Below, piece by piece: positions 1-10,026 of a stretch of DNA of 64,000 bases. Position numbers and translations under genes: made by a program. Position 1 is the stretch's first letter. Each line of letters opens with the position of its first letter. The notes below the pieces were generated by a model. The model saw only the letters and a program-made list of their open reading frames with translations, was not told the DNA's origin and made no database searches. This DNA comes from an uncultured Spirochaetota bacterium (GTDB lineage Bacteria; Spirochaetota; Brevinematia; Brevinematales; JAOACQ01), in assembly GCA_963768055.1 (NCBI GenBank), contig CAVYGN010000002.1, positions 992,001 through 1,056,000 on the forward strand. The letters run 5' to 3'.

Positions 1-164
1 GTGGATGAATCTTGTGTCTTCCACTGCCACTAACCTGTTCTGCGTGATTTTTTTCCTGCTATTACGGAAATAGCCGGTTTATGAAAGGATTATTATTTCC
101 GGAAAGGATTGACTATATGAAGCTGTGTGATAAAATATACAAAATTATATGAGGGAGTTTTCAT

Positions 165-725
165 ATGAAAGAGTTTGTAATTTGCAAATCCTGCGGTTTT
201 ATTATGCCGAAAGGCAGCTTGAAGGATAAATGCCCTGCATGCGGTGTCCCCGCTAAGATGTTCGAACCATACATAGAAAGGGTTTCGGAACACAGAAAGA
301 TGATACTGTCCCTTGACATACATCCCGTTCTTGTCCACTTTCCGGTAGCCTTCAATTTTACAATCCTGGTCCTTTCCGCAGCCTTGCTTTTCATAACAGG
401 GACCGCTCTTTATAAACTCATGACCGCTTTGACTGTTATGACATATTTTCTCCCTATAGTTATAATAGCCGCATTTCTTGGGGGCCTCCTGGACGGTAAA
501 ATCCGTTTCAGAAGAGTTTCTACTCCGATATTGATACGCAAAATGATTTTCGGATCATTGTTCTTTTTAATCTCCTTTTTCATGCTTTTAATTAACCGGT
601 TCTACGGCTTGGGCAGTCCTGGAGCCGCTATGATCACGGTAATCCTATCGGCTGGAGGAGTCGCATGTTCGACTATCCTGGCAAAATACGGCGTTAGCCT
701 CCTGCCTGCGAAATTTCCGGGATAA
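165..725 (+). CDS. Rubredoxin-like metal-binding domain fused to DUF2231-like membrane domain
   Basis: N-terminal CKSC...CPAC, then HPVLVHFP motif and four hydrophobic helices; GAGGGAG RBS. Confidence 0.7.
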   Translation: MKEFVICKSCGFIMPKGSLKDKCPACGVPAKMFEPYIERVSEHRKMILSLDIHPVLVHFPVAFNFTILVLSAALLFITGTALYKLMTALTVMTYFLPIVIIAAFLGGLLDGKIRFRRVSTPILIRKMIFGSLFFLISFFMLLINRFYGLGSPGAAMITVILSAGGVACSTILAKYGVSLLPAKFPG

Positions 726-729
726 TTTT

Positions 730-1632
730 ATGAAAATATTCATGACAGGCGGGATGGGATTTATCGGATCGTCAGTTGTGACGGCCCTTCTGGACAAAGG
801 GCATGAGTTTACATTGCTTTCCAGGAATCCGGACAAGATACCCGCTTTTAAGTCGAATCCGGGCATCAGGGTGCTGAAAGGCGGTCTCGAGGATAAAAAA
901 TTGATAGAGGACCATCTGCAGGGGCATGAAGCCTGCATTCACAACGCCCTTAATTGGGGAAATTCAGCTATTGAAATGCTGACAAAAGACACATTATCCT
1001 CGGTTTTTATTTTTGAGAAGGCTGCTGAAGCGGGGATAAAGAGGTTCATATATACTTCATCTACCGCGGCGATGGGAGAATTCAGGGAAAAAATGGATGA
1101 AGAAACGAAATCGAAACCGATCAATTATTATTGCGCGACAAAAGCGGCCAGCGAGGAATATCTTCTGGCTGTTTCATATCAATATCCGATGATATGCAGT
1201 ATTATCCGACCGGGTTATACATTCGGCAGGCCCGTGATCGCAGGAGCGCCCATGGAAGTGGATTCGAGATTCAGGGAAATCGTCATGGCCGCACTTGAAG
1301 GACGCGATATCACCGTAACTATAAATGACGGAACGCAGTTTATCTGGGCGGGAGATCTTGCTAAAATTTATCTCTCGGTCCTCGATTCGGGAGAAAACAG
1401 GAATATTTATTTTGGAATGGGGAAGGATTATATTACATGGGAAAAAGTAGCGGTAGAGGCGGTTAAACAGACGGCATCAGGCAGCCGCATAATTAAAATT
1501 GACGGCGGCATCGGCGCTATTTCCCTTTTTGATTTAAGTAAAATAAAAAATTCCTTTGGGTACAGTTTTGATTCCTGGGATAAAATCGTTAGCCATATAA
1601 AATATCTTGCGGAGACTATTCCAAAAAATTAA
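730..1632 (+). CDS. NAD-dependent epimerase/dehydratase (extended SDR)
   Basis: TGGMGFIGS Rossmann motif, YTSS, YCATK catalytic YxxxK. Confidence 0.85.
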   Translation: MKIFMTGGMGFIGSSVVTALLDKGHEFTLLSRNPDKIPAFKSNPGIRVLKGGLEDKKLIEDHLQGHEACIHNALNWGNSAIEMLTKDTLSSVFIFEKAAEAGIKRFIYTSSTAAMGEFREKMDEETKSKPINYYCATKAASEEYLLAVSYQYPMICSIIRPGYTFGRPVIAGAPMEVDSRFREIVMAALEGRDITVTINDGTQFIWAGDLAKIYLSVLDSGENRNIYFGMGKDYITWEKVAVEAVKQTASGSRIIKIDGGIGAISLFDLSKIKNSFGYSFDSWDKIVSHIKYLAETIPKN

Positions 1633-1661
1633 AGGAGTAAATAATTCAGGAGGGACTAATT

Positions 1662-2540
1662 ATGAAAACAAGAATTTTGGTCCTTATTATGGTTCTCTTG
1701 GCGGCCTGCGCCTATGCTAAAAAACCGAGACTCGCAATCATTGATTTTCAGTACAAAGCCGGATCCGATTCCGGAAGCTGGCCCGTTGGGCAGGGTATTG
1801 CCGATATGCTGGCTACGGCCCTTTTTAAATCGGGTAAGTTTGACGTAATGGAAAGAACGAAATTGGAAAGTGTTCTCGATGAACAGAAACTGCAGATGAG
1901 CGGCATAACCACGCCCGAGTCGGCGGTTAAGGCAGGTAAAATACTCGGCCTGCAGTATATCGTTATCGGAAGCGTCAACCAGTTCGGCCAGAAAGCGGAT
2001 CAGACAAAGGCTTTCGGGGTCATTGTCAATAACATTACCGCAAGGGTTGCTACAGATGTGCGTATTATAAATGTGGAAACCGGCAGGGTGGAGGGAGCGG
2101 AAACAGGCGCCGGCGAGGAGACATCTACAGGGGTTTCAGTTGAAAATGAGAACCTGCCTACAGATCTTGCATTCGGATCTACAGGATTCGATGAAACTAT
2201 AATCGGTAAAGCGACAAAAAAATGCGTTGACGATCTTGTCAATCAGTTCACGAAAACCTTCGGTAATATGCCTATTGAAGGAAAAATTATGAAAGTGGAC
2301 AATGATTCGGCTTATATCAATCTAGGTAAAGATTCGGGTGTTGCGGTAGGAATGGTGCTGGTTGTAATGGAAAAGGGGGAGGAACTGATCGATCCCGATT
2401 CCGGAGAAAGCCTCGGAAGCGAGGATAAACAGGTCGGATCCCTGAAAATAAAGGAAATCAAGGATAAATACTGCATTGCGGATATTGTGGACGGTAAAGG
2501 CAGTATTAAAGCGAATGATGTAGTCTTGCAGAAAAAATAA
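1662..2540 (+). CDS. CsgG/HfaB-family exported protein with FlgT-like C-terminal domain
   Basis: Signal peptide; RLAIIDF, FDVMERTKLESVLDEQKL, DVRIINVETG; C-terminal YINLGKDSGV...DPDSGESLG. Confidence 0.75.
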   Translation: MKTRILVLIMVLLAACAYAKKPRLAIIDFQYKAGSDSGSWPVGQGIADMLATALFKSGKFDVMERTKLESVLDEQKLQMSGITTPESAVKAGKILGLQYIVIGSVNQFGQKADQTKAFGVIVNNITARVATDVRIINVETGRVEGAETGAGEETSTGVSVENENLPTDLAFGSTGFDETIIGKATKKCVDDLVNQFTKTFGNMPIEGKIMKVDNDSAYINLGKDSGVAVGMVLVVMEKGEELIDPDSGESLGSEDKQVGSLKIKEIKDKYCIADIVDGKGSIKANDVVLQKK

Positions 2541-2542
2541 TT

Positions 2543-3505
2543 ATGGATCCAAAGAGCGCATGGAAGGCTGACAGAAGCGAACGTGAGATTTTCGATTCAT
2601 ACTCGCAAACAGTAATATCGGTCTCAAAAGCTATAAGTTCCTCAGTCGTACATATTAAAGTAGGGCAAAATAAAACCCCGGACGGGGAAGGCAGCGGTTC
2701 AGGATTTATTTTTACTCCTGATGGGTTTATTTTAACAAATAGTCATGTTGTTCATAATCAAAAATATATCGAGGTAGCCCTTTCAGATTCCCGTCATTAT
2801 GAAGGAACCCTGATCGGAGATGATCCTGATACGGATCTTGCAATATTAAGAATTTCGGAATCGGATCTTTCAGCGGCTGTTTTCGGGGATTCTTCACGCC
2901 TGATTGTAGGTCAGCTTGCCGTTGCAGTCGGCAATCCCTACGGATTTCAAAACACCTTAACAGCGGGTGTAATCAGCGCTCTCGGCAGGTCTTTTCATTC
3001 GTCCAACGGACGCCTTATAGATAATGTAATTCAAACGGATGCGGCTTTAAACCCGGGCAATTCAGGAGGGCCGCTTTTGAATTCACATGGAGAAGTAATA
3101 GGCGTAAACACCGCGGTTATTCTTTCGGCCCAGGGATTATGTTTTGCCATTCCAAGCAATACGGCCCAGAAGGTCGCTTCGCTTCTTATCAAGAACGGGA
3201 AAATCCGCCGCGGTTATCTCGGGATAGGGGGACAGAATGTGGAACTTCATAGGAAGCTTGTGCGTTATTACCAGCTCCCGTTTGAAACCGGGGTCCTGAT
3301 TATAAATATTCAGAAAAGCAGTCCGGCAGAAGCGGCGGGCCTTCTTGAAAGGGATATAATCATTGATTATAATGAAAACCCGGTCGGTTCCATGGATGAT
3401 CTTCACAGCCTGCTTACTGAGGACAGCATAGGGCACCCTTCGAGAATGACAATAATTCGCTTTAATGAAAAAAGGACTCTTGAAATTATACCTGTTGAAT
3501 CATAG
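2543..3505 (+). CDS. HtrA/DegP-like trypsin serine protease with PDZ domain
   Basis: GSGF, TNSHVV, DLA, QTDAALNPGNSGGPL; C-terminal PDZ; no obvious signal peptide. Confidence 0.9.
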   Translation: MDPKSAWKADRSEREIFDSYSQTVISVSKAISSSVVHIKVGQNKTPDGEGSGSGFIFTPDGFILTNSHVVHNQKYIEVALSDSRHYEGTLIGDDPDTDLAILRISESDLSAAVFGDSSRLIVGQLAVAVGNPYGFQNTLTAGVISALGRSFHSSNGRLIDNVIQTDAALNPGNSGGPLLNSHGEVIGVNTAVILSAQGLCFAIPSNTAQKVASLLIKNGKIRRGYLGIGGQNVELHRKLVRYYQLPFETGVLIINIQKSSPAEAAGLLERDIIIDYNENPVGSMDDLHSLLTEDSIGHPSRMTIIRFNEKRTLEIIPVES

Positions 3506-5293
3506 TCATAAAGTCTTATTAAAGACCTCGAAGATCAGAGTACGCTCGGCAACCTGTTTGATATTTTTACTGCCGGAAGCTCTGGGAACAAGCCAGCATA
3601 CCGCCCTGTTCCCCTTGAAATATTTCATTGCCGAGGAAATTACCTTTTTAAGAGAATAAGGATTTCTGGAAACAATATTTATCATTATCATCAGCCAGTT
3701 TATCGAATAATGGCTTATATTGGAACCTCCATTGAAAAGCTGTGTAACTGAAGGGCCGGATGTCTTTTTTTTCGCATGTCCGAAATCCGGGGCTTCTGCC
3801 TTTCCTATCGGATCGACTCCGGCTGCCAGACAAAAATCTTCCGAGGCCCATTTTGCCACCGATTCAGTGGAAGAAATCCTGGAATAATTACAGCCATACA
3901 GGTCAATTATAAGTTCGAACGAACTTGAAAATCCGTCTTCGACAGGTGATTTGAACGATCTGGACAGGACTTTTGTCGGATCTGTGAGCCTCGGTTTATA
4001 ATATTCATTATCCGGTTTTAGCCTTTTATTATCCTGGGTCAGTTCCGCCCTGTAAATCAGGCTGTTATTCCGGATTTTCCGGATATCGGCGAAAGAACCA
4101 CGGGGTATGTGAAGGCAATTTCCCGATGAAGCTCCATAGTAAATAAGAGAATAGGAAACGGCATTATCAACGGGAAGTTCTGCACAGGTAAAGCAGTTGG
4201 CGCATCCTATGGAATCATACTGCCTGTAATTTATTGCGCTTGTTTCAATATACTGGATCAGGGTATCCCCCTCTCCGAATATTTCGTTTGAAACGATAGG
4301 AGTCCCGAAGGCCTTCATCTTGATAGCCTCGCATGTCTTTTCGCTCCATTCGGCAACTTTTTCCATTGTCGGGATCCTGTTGTTTTTCAGTTCGATATCA
4401 ATAACAATTTCTTCGCCATACTTATCCTGTTCGAGCCTTCGTTGAAATTCGGGATAAATCGATACGGATACATCAGGAGAATACCAATTAAATTTAAGCC
4501 CCGATTCTTTGAAAGCCTTTTTCGAATTATTTACAGACCTGGGGAAAACTTTTCTGCCCTTAGAGCCGGCGGTGAGGCTGAAAGGGCCTCCGATATAACT
4601 TGAATTTGAGAACTGGATTACCCTTACATCGTCAAAAACCCTTTCGACCTGTCTCCAGCTTGCAGGACATTCGGAAGGTTGTAATATAAGCGATCCCGTC
4701 TGGTGTATAGCTATTCCGCCATCAACAAGAGCATCGTAAACGCTCTGATAAAAATCGGTATTGAAAAGGCTTTGTGCGGGTCCGATGGGGTCGGTCGAAT
4801 CTATTATTATAACATCGCATTTATCTTTCAAGGATTTTATTACGTCCGCGCCGTCGCCGATTACAAGGTGTAATCTTTTATCGTCCCATACCCCTTCGGA
4901 TACGCTCGGCATGAATTCCCTGCACTTCTCTATTATCATTTTATCTATTTCAACCAGTGTGACAGATTTGACGGATTTATGCCTGAGCACCTCCCTGGCT
5001 ACTCCCCCGTCTCCTCCGCCTATGATAAGAATATTCCTGGCTGGTTTTAATAACGAGAATAAGGGCCAATGGGTTATCCATTCATGGTATATGCCCTCGT
5101 CCTCCTCGGTCAATTGTACCACGCCATCCAGAACGAGCACCCTTCCCAGACGGGATGTTTCAAGAATCAGCATATCCTGGTAACCGGTATCAGTGAGCGG
5201 TACCAGGACCTTTTCTACCTTAAAACCGTAAGTGATATCTGAATAAAGGTCTTCATAATACCAGAATTCCTTATTGCGGCTGATTAATCCCAT
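3506..5293 (-). CDS. speE: Spermidine synthase (aminopropyltransferase) fused to two tandem S-adenosylmethionine decarboxylase-like domains
   Basis: LDGVVQLTE, YHE, IIGGGDGG, VEID, DSTDP in the first ~290 aa; then YGEEIVID...QYIETSA...CFTC and FELIIDLYGC...GPSVTQL...SNISH. Confidence 0.88.
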   Translation of the reverse strand: MGLISRNKEFWYYEDLYSDITYGFKVEKVLVPLTDTGYQDMLILETSRLGRVLVLDGVVQLTEEDEGIYHEWITHWPLFSLLKPARNILIIGGGDGGVAREVLRHKSVKSVTLVEIDKMIIEKCREFMPSVSEGVWDDKRLHLVIGDGADVIKSLKDKCDVIIIDSTDPIGPAQSLFNTDFYQSVYDALVDGGIAIHQTGSLILQPSECPASWRQVERVFDDVRVIQFSNSSYIGGPFSLTAGSKGRKVFPRSVNNSKKAFKESGLKFNWYSPDVSVSIYPEFQRRLEQDKYGEEIVIDIELKNNRIPTMEKVAEWSEKTCEAIKMKAFGTPIVSNEIFGEGDTLIQYIETSAINYRQYDSIGCANCFTCAELPVDNAVSYSLIYYGASSGNCLHIPRGSFADIRKIRNNSLIYRAELTQDNKRLKPDNEYYKPRLTDPTKVLSRSFKSPVEDGFSSSFELIIDLYGCNYSRISSTESVAKWASEDFCLAAGVDPIGKAEAPDFGHAKKKTSGPSVTQLFNGGSNISHYSINWLMIMINIVSRNPYSLKKVISSAMKYFKGNRAVCWLVPRASGSKNIKQVAERTLIFEVFNKTL

Positions 5294-5343
5294 TTTTTTA
5301 TCCTTTGTTCTGAATTGAAATAAACCCGGAAATATTGTTAATG

Positions 5344-5372
5344 ATTTTATTATAGGGTTTTTTTTATGTCAA
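5344..5372 (-). promoter_or_regulatory. Sigma70-type promoter for the speE fusion
   Basis: TTGACA-17 bp-TAAAAT on the minus strand. Confidence 0.55.
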
Positions 5373-5392
5373 GGATAGGAACTTGAATAACG

Positions 5393-5421
5393 TTGACAAA
5401 GCGCTGGTTTTTATAGATAAT
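5393..5421 (+). promoter_or_regulatory. Sigma70-type promoter
   Basis: TTGACA-17 bp-GATAAT upstream of the 5512 ORF. Confidence 0.55.
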
Positions 5422-5511
5422 GTGAGGCTTATAAAATAACAAAGAGCATCCTGAAGTATGAATCTTAATAAAGCGGTATTATTATGACGATCTTTATAGA
5501 AGAGGAACTGT

Positions 5512-7317
5512 ATGGATAATGAGAAAGAAAAGAACTATATGGAAGCCTCCCTCGAGTATTCACGAATGGCGGAATTATTGAAGAAAGAGCGTCCCGCTGA
5601 AGCCGCGATTATGGTAAAAGATATTCTGGAATCGGGCGAGAGCCTCCAGGAAAAGATACGTAAAATAGAATTGATCGATGCGCAGGAAATTTCACTTTCT
5701 ATAGAGCAAACCCTCATTACAAATGAAGAAGCTCAGGACATAATACGTAAAAAGCATGTATTGACGGAGGAAACGGCCAGGAAAAATTGTGAAAAAATAA
5801 AAATAAAACTGCCGAAAAATCACTTTCTTTTATATTTATTCAGGGATTACAAAAAAATTCGTTTATTCGGTAAGTCTGCCGGTTTTATCAGATTCGGCTT
5901 CAATCCCTCCGGTGTAAAATTTGATTTTACCAGGCTCAGGACTTTATTAAATTCGCTGCAGAAAGATGCCGGCGATCTTATGGAAACATTGAATTTCGTA
6001 CTGGATAAAGGCTGGATGGACCTGGATAAGCTTGGGTATAATCTTATCGTTATTTTTAAACAGCTTTGCCAGGCAATAGTATCGGCGCCGATCGCCAGAA
6101 TAGGGACATCGGGCCGCCAGCTTCTAATGAAATACAGGGATGTTGAAACCTTTTTCCTTTCCTGCCATTATCAGCCCGAATATCCGGATATTATCCGGGC
6201 AAGTATCGTAGACGTACTTCTAAAACAGAAGAAAGCTGAAAGCACGATCGAGCTCTCTGAGATCCAGACAAAGAGGATCCTGTGGGAGCAGGGTAACTTT
6301 CTCTGCCTTCACAATTTCATACTTTCGATAAATATGTTCGAGTATAGAAGATTTGTCAAGCTGGACGATCTTATCCACAGGCAGCAGGGTGGAATAGTGA
6401 ATACGTTCTCATTCGATTGCCCGCCGAATATCCAGCAGAAGATCAATGTCTATATAAACGATAAGACACAGTCCCTGCAGAATTTGTTAAGGGACAAGGT
6501 AGAGATAAACAGGATCCAGTATTTTTTAAAACATTTCATCAAACAGGATTCCTCGGGTTACAGGAGTTATAATTTCAAGATTTTCATCGATTTTTACAAC
6601 TATACCGGTTTCGGGGCCGAAGAGGATTGTTTCAGCTACGATAAGAGCAATACCGCCAAATTGGCCTTCAATATTTTTTCAAAATTTTTAGCAGAGTTCG
6701 AAAATTTTTTTATCGACAAGATAAATATTGAGGATTTCGGTCCTATCAGGGTATTCAGCAGGGAAGTCTTTCAGCTTGAAATCGATAAGCTCCGCCTGGG
6801 GGTTTTGAAATTTTCGGATTCAATTTTTACCCTGCCGATAGTTTCCAGGAGGGAATTCTTTGAATTAAAAACCTCTAAAAAGGAAGTAATGCCGGCCCCT
6901 CCCGTACTGGCTATGATACAAACTATCGACGCTCTTTCCGACATTCTCTCTGAAATAGGGACAAAACTTGGCAATATCCATATAAACTATAAAAATGCAT
7001 CCTTAGAAAACCCTGCGGAAAATCAGGTCAACCCTCTTGAAATCTCTGCAACCAGGCAGCGGGTTGTTTCAGTCCCATACTGGGATAAAAAAATTATGAC
7101 TCCGGGGTTTTTAAGGGAAAAATTTTTTTCTGACGCGGTTGCGACAATTACGAGCCTTTGTTTTCTTTCGGCGGTTTATTTTTATAATATGCGTTTTTAT
7201 ACGGTCCTCGAAAAGGAAATGAAGATCAACAATATGATAATGGATGTAAAGAAAACCCTCGAAAGGCTAGCCGATGTGGTAACTTATGAAAAGATCAGAA
7301 AACTGCAAGGCGATTGA
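5512..7317 (+). CDS. Hypothetical protein, predicted mostly alpha-helical and cytoplasmic
   Basis: 601-aa ORF with AGAGG RBS; no recognisable motif. Confidence 0.7.
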   Translation: MDNEKEKNYMEASLEYSRMAELLKKERPAEAAIMVKDILESGESLQEKIRKIELIDAQEISLSIEQTLITNEEAQDIIRKKHVLTEETARKNCEKIKIKLPKNHFLLYLFRDYKKIRLFGKSAGFIRFGFNPSGVKFDFTRLRTLLNSLQKDAGDLMETLNFVLDKGWMDLDKLGYNLIVIFKQLCQAIVSAPIARIGTSGRQLLMKYRDVETFFLSCHYQPEYPDIIRASIVDVLLKQKKAESTIELSEIQTKRILWEQGNFLCLHNFILSINMFEYRRFVKLDDLIHRQQGGIVNTFSFDCPPNIQQKINVYINDKTQSLQNLLRDKVEINRIQYFLKHFIKQDSSGYRSYNFKIFIDFYNYTGFGAEEDCFSYDKSNTAKLAFNIFSKFLAEFENFFIDKINIEDFGPIRVFSREVFQLEIDKLRLGVLKFSDSIFTLPIVSRREFFELKTSKKEVMPAPPVLAMIQTIDALSDILSEIGTKLGNIHINYKNASLENPAENQVNPLEISATRQRVVSVPYWDKKIMTPGFLREKFFSDAVATITSLCFLSAVYFYNMRFYTVLEKEMKINNMIMDVKKTLERLADVVTYEKIRKLQGD

Positions 7318-7321
7318 CTTT

Positions 7322-9037
7322 TCACATTCTTTCGACTGTTTTTATACCAAGCAGGTCAAGTCCGGATTTTATTATTCTGGATGTCCTTTCCGCCAGCAGC
7401 ATCCTTGAATTCATAATTTCTTCCCTTACTTTAAGGACGGGCAGCGAATTGTAAAAACTGTTGAAATTCTGCGCCAGTTCAAAGAGGTAATCGGCAATAA
7501 AATTAGGCGTATAATTTTCAGCGGACTTTACAACAGTATTAGGAAACCTGGTTAACATTACCGCAAGCGTCCGCTCAATTTTTTCCGAAATTACTATTTC
7601 CGATTCATTATTAAAAATCTTGTTCATTTCCGATGCCTTTCGAAGGATCGACCTGATCCTTGCGTATGTATAAAGCAGATAAGGGGCTGTATTGCCGTCG
7701 AAATTGAGAGCCTTATCCCATTCGAAAACAAGGGCGCTTGTACGGTTCTGGCTCAGATCGAAATATTTTACAGACGCTGTTCCTATCACTTCAGCGGCTG
7801 TATCTCTTTCCTCCTTCGGAAGGTTCGGATTTTTTAGAGCGATTATAGCGGAAGAACGCTTTTTCGCCTCGTCAAGAAGGTCTTCGAGGCGGATTACATT
7901 GCCCTTACGGCTTGAAAAAATTCCGTCGGGGAAGCGCATTACTCCGAACCAGACATGTTCCTTTTTTAAATTCCAGCCTAATATATCCGAAATCCTGAAA
8001 ACCTGGCGGAAATGAGTTATCTGCCTGTCGTCCGTCACATAAACGATCCTGTTAAGATCGTAATTTTCATGCCTGTATTTCAAACATGCAAGATCGGAGG
8101 TAGCGTAAAGATATGCTCCGTCTTTCTTTTGAACAATGCAGACGGGAAGATTCTCTTTCTCGTCAAAAAAAACGACAAGGGCATCTTCCGATTTCACCGC
8201 AATGCCTTTCTCCTTCAGTTCGGTTATTACCGAAGGCATCAAATCATGGTAAAACGATTCGCCGTAGCTTGTGTCGAATTCCACTCCCAACCGTTTGTAA
8301 ATTTTATCATATTCGCAAAGCGAGGCCTCAACAAACTCTTTCCAGAGGTTCATGCTTTCCTTTTTTCCGTCCTGGAGGTCTTTTAATTCCATCCTTGCAT
8401 TTTCAAGAAGCGAGGGGTCCTTTTCCGAGCGCTTTTCGAATTCGACATAAATGCGCTCCAATTCTTCGATGGGATTTTTATCGTAGGCTTTTTTATCAAG
8501 CCATTTTTTAAACCCGACGATCAATTTTCCGAATTGCGTACCCCAGTCCCCCAGATGATTGTCGCCGATGACGCTGTAACCCAGGAAACGGAATATCCTT
8601 TTTAATGAGTCGCCTAAAACCGTGCTTCGCAGGTGTCCTATGTGCATCCTTTTGGCTATGTTGGGCGACGAATAATCGATTATGATATCGCCTTTCCGAT
8701 TTAAAAAGGAGAAATCATAATCCTCTTCGCCTATTTTTCGGACCGTTTCCCCTATAAAATTATCGTTTATAAATATATTGATGAAACCTGGGCCGGCGAC
8801 TTCCATTCTTTTTATAACCTCATTGACTCCCGCTGATCTTACGATCTCACCGGCAAGGGCCCGGGGGTTCATTTTAAACGCCTTTGCATTCACCATTGCG
8901 AAGTTCGTCTGGTAGTCGCCGAATTCTTCGCTGTTTGTTTTTTGAATAAAGAGTTTGTCCCGGCCGTCGAAATCCGGATATAATTTTTCCAGGGACGAGA
9001 TTAAGATCTCTTCAAGGAATTTTTCGAATAGCTTCAT
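7322..9037 (-). CDS. argS: Arginine--tRNA ligase
   Basis: FGDYQTN, AGPGFIN, SSPNIAKRMHIGHLRS, GDWGTQFG, FSSRKG, C-terminal ERM. Confidence 0.97.
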   Translation of the reverse strand: MKLFEKFLEEILISSLEKLYPDFDGRDKLFIQKTNSEEFGDYQTNFAMVNAKAFKMNPRALAGEIVRSAGVNEVIKRMEVAGPGFINIFINDNFIGETVRKIGEEDYDFSFLNRKGDIIIDYSSPNIAKRMHIGHLRSTVLGDSLKRIFRFLGYSVIGDNHLGDWGTQFGKLIVGFKKWLDKKAYDKNPIEELERIYVEFEKRSEKDPSLLENARMELKDLQDGKKESMNLWKEFVEASLCEYDKIYKRLGVEFDTSYGESFYHDLMPSVITELKEKGIAVKSEDALVVFFDEKENLPVCIVQKKDGAYLYATSDLACLKYRHENYDLNRIVYVTDDRQITHFRQVFRISDILGWNLKKEHVWFGVMRFPDGIFSSRKGNVIRLEDLLDEAKKRSSAIIALKNPNLPKEERDTAAEVIGTASVKYFDLSQNRTSALVFEWDKALNFDGNTAPYLLYTYARIRSILRKASEMNKIFNNESEIVISEKIERTLAVMLTRFPNTVVKSAENYTPNFIADYLFELAQNFNSFYNSLPVLKVREEIMNSRMLLAERTSRIIKSGLDLLGIKTVERM

Positions 9038-9052
9038 TATTATTTTCCATTT

Positions 9053-9115
9053 AGGGCACTTCTAATAACTGCCCCCCTTACGGGGACAAGTGCACCATTG
9101 GGCGGAATTATTAGA
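9053..9115. repeat. Short palindromic (MITE/REP-like) element, related to 13469..13580
   Basis: AGGGCACTTCTAATAAC at left, partial inverted copy TTATTAGA at right. Confidence 0.5.
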
Positions 9116-9216
9116 TTCATTATTACTATTGCTTTTCAAAAATCTAGTTTTTTGAACCGCCCTTTATTAAATTTTCGAGGTTTATTATAAAGAAAAGCGG
9201 TATTTTATTCTATTAT

Positions 9217-9245
9217 TTGACTGCGGAAACGTATGATTATATACT
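9217..9245 (+). promoter_or_regulatory. Sigma70-type promoter
   Basis: TTGACT-17 bp-TATACT. Confidence 0.55.
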
Positions 9246-9270
9246 TTTTTTTACCAAAGGGGGCTGATAA

Positions 9271-9770
9271 ATGAAAATAAAACGGCAGGTATATTCCTGG
9301 CATTAAGCTTCCTCCTGGCCGGCATAAATTATTCCTTTCCCGATTCAACAAATAAAAGTTTTATGAGCCTTGTCACTCCTGACGACATTGATAAAGAAAG
9401 GGGTATTCGGGGATCGGTTGAAACGGAAAGATTCTTTAAAAAAATAAACGGGGCAAGCCTGAACTTCACAAGGGAGGACGGGGGACAGCTTTTGAGCGTT
9501 GTAATTCAGATAGTAAACCCGGAGGATTTGAGGGAGGAAGAGAAAACCAGGGATTTTCAGGACCTATACTACGGCCCCGTTAAAGATCTGGGGGATAAAG
9601 CCTACGAGGGGCCGGCAAAGGGCGACAGGTACATTCTGTCATTTCTCAAGGGTTCATACTGGATAACCTTGTCGTCTTATTTAACGATACCCAGCTTAAA
9701 ACCTATCTTCGACCAGAATGATCTAAGAAAACTCGCGAATATCATGATCTCCAGGATATCCGCAGAATAA
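9271..9770 (+). pseudogene. Exported hypothetical protein with a 1-bp frameshift just after the start (or a sequencing error)
   Basis: RBS AAAGGGGG and ATG at 9271 are out of frame with a signal-peptide-like stretch (KTAGIFLALSFLLAG) that is in frame with ORF 9363..9770. Confidence 0.55.
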
Positions 9771-9796
9771 AACACCCCCGGGTAGATTTTTATTAA

Positions 9797-9846
9797 TAAA
9801 AAACAGGCGGCATTCGCGGGAGGGTAATCGCATTACCGCCTGTTTT
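9797..9846 (-). terminator. Intrinsic terminator, possibly bidirectional
   Basis: AAAACAGGCGG...CCGCCTGTTTT stem followed by a T6 tract on the minus strand. Confidence 0.7.
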
Positions 9847-10026
9847 GTTAGCACAAAATTCTGATGAAGAGTACTTGCGGATTAATTAGTTTCTGATTAG
9901 ATAATTAATCCATCTTAAGAATAAATGCAGTCCCCGGAAAGAGTCAACTTCCCTTTCCAAGGACTTGAGACCCTGAGCTTAAACTCCTATGAAAAGAATC
10001 GATTTTCTGATGTACTACACATGTAG
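9797..10026 (-). ncRNA. Candidate structured non-coding RNA, family unknown
   Basis: Promoter upstream, two hairpins (9929-9965 with G-U pairs on the minus strand; 9879-9911), terminator, no credible ORF. Confidence 0.5.

Noticed and set aside
9038..9200. T-box riboswitch upstream of argS
   Set aside because: No T-box consensus or antiterminator seen; the region is occupied by a short palindrome.
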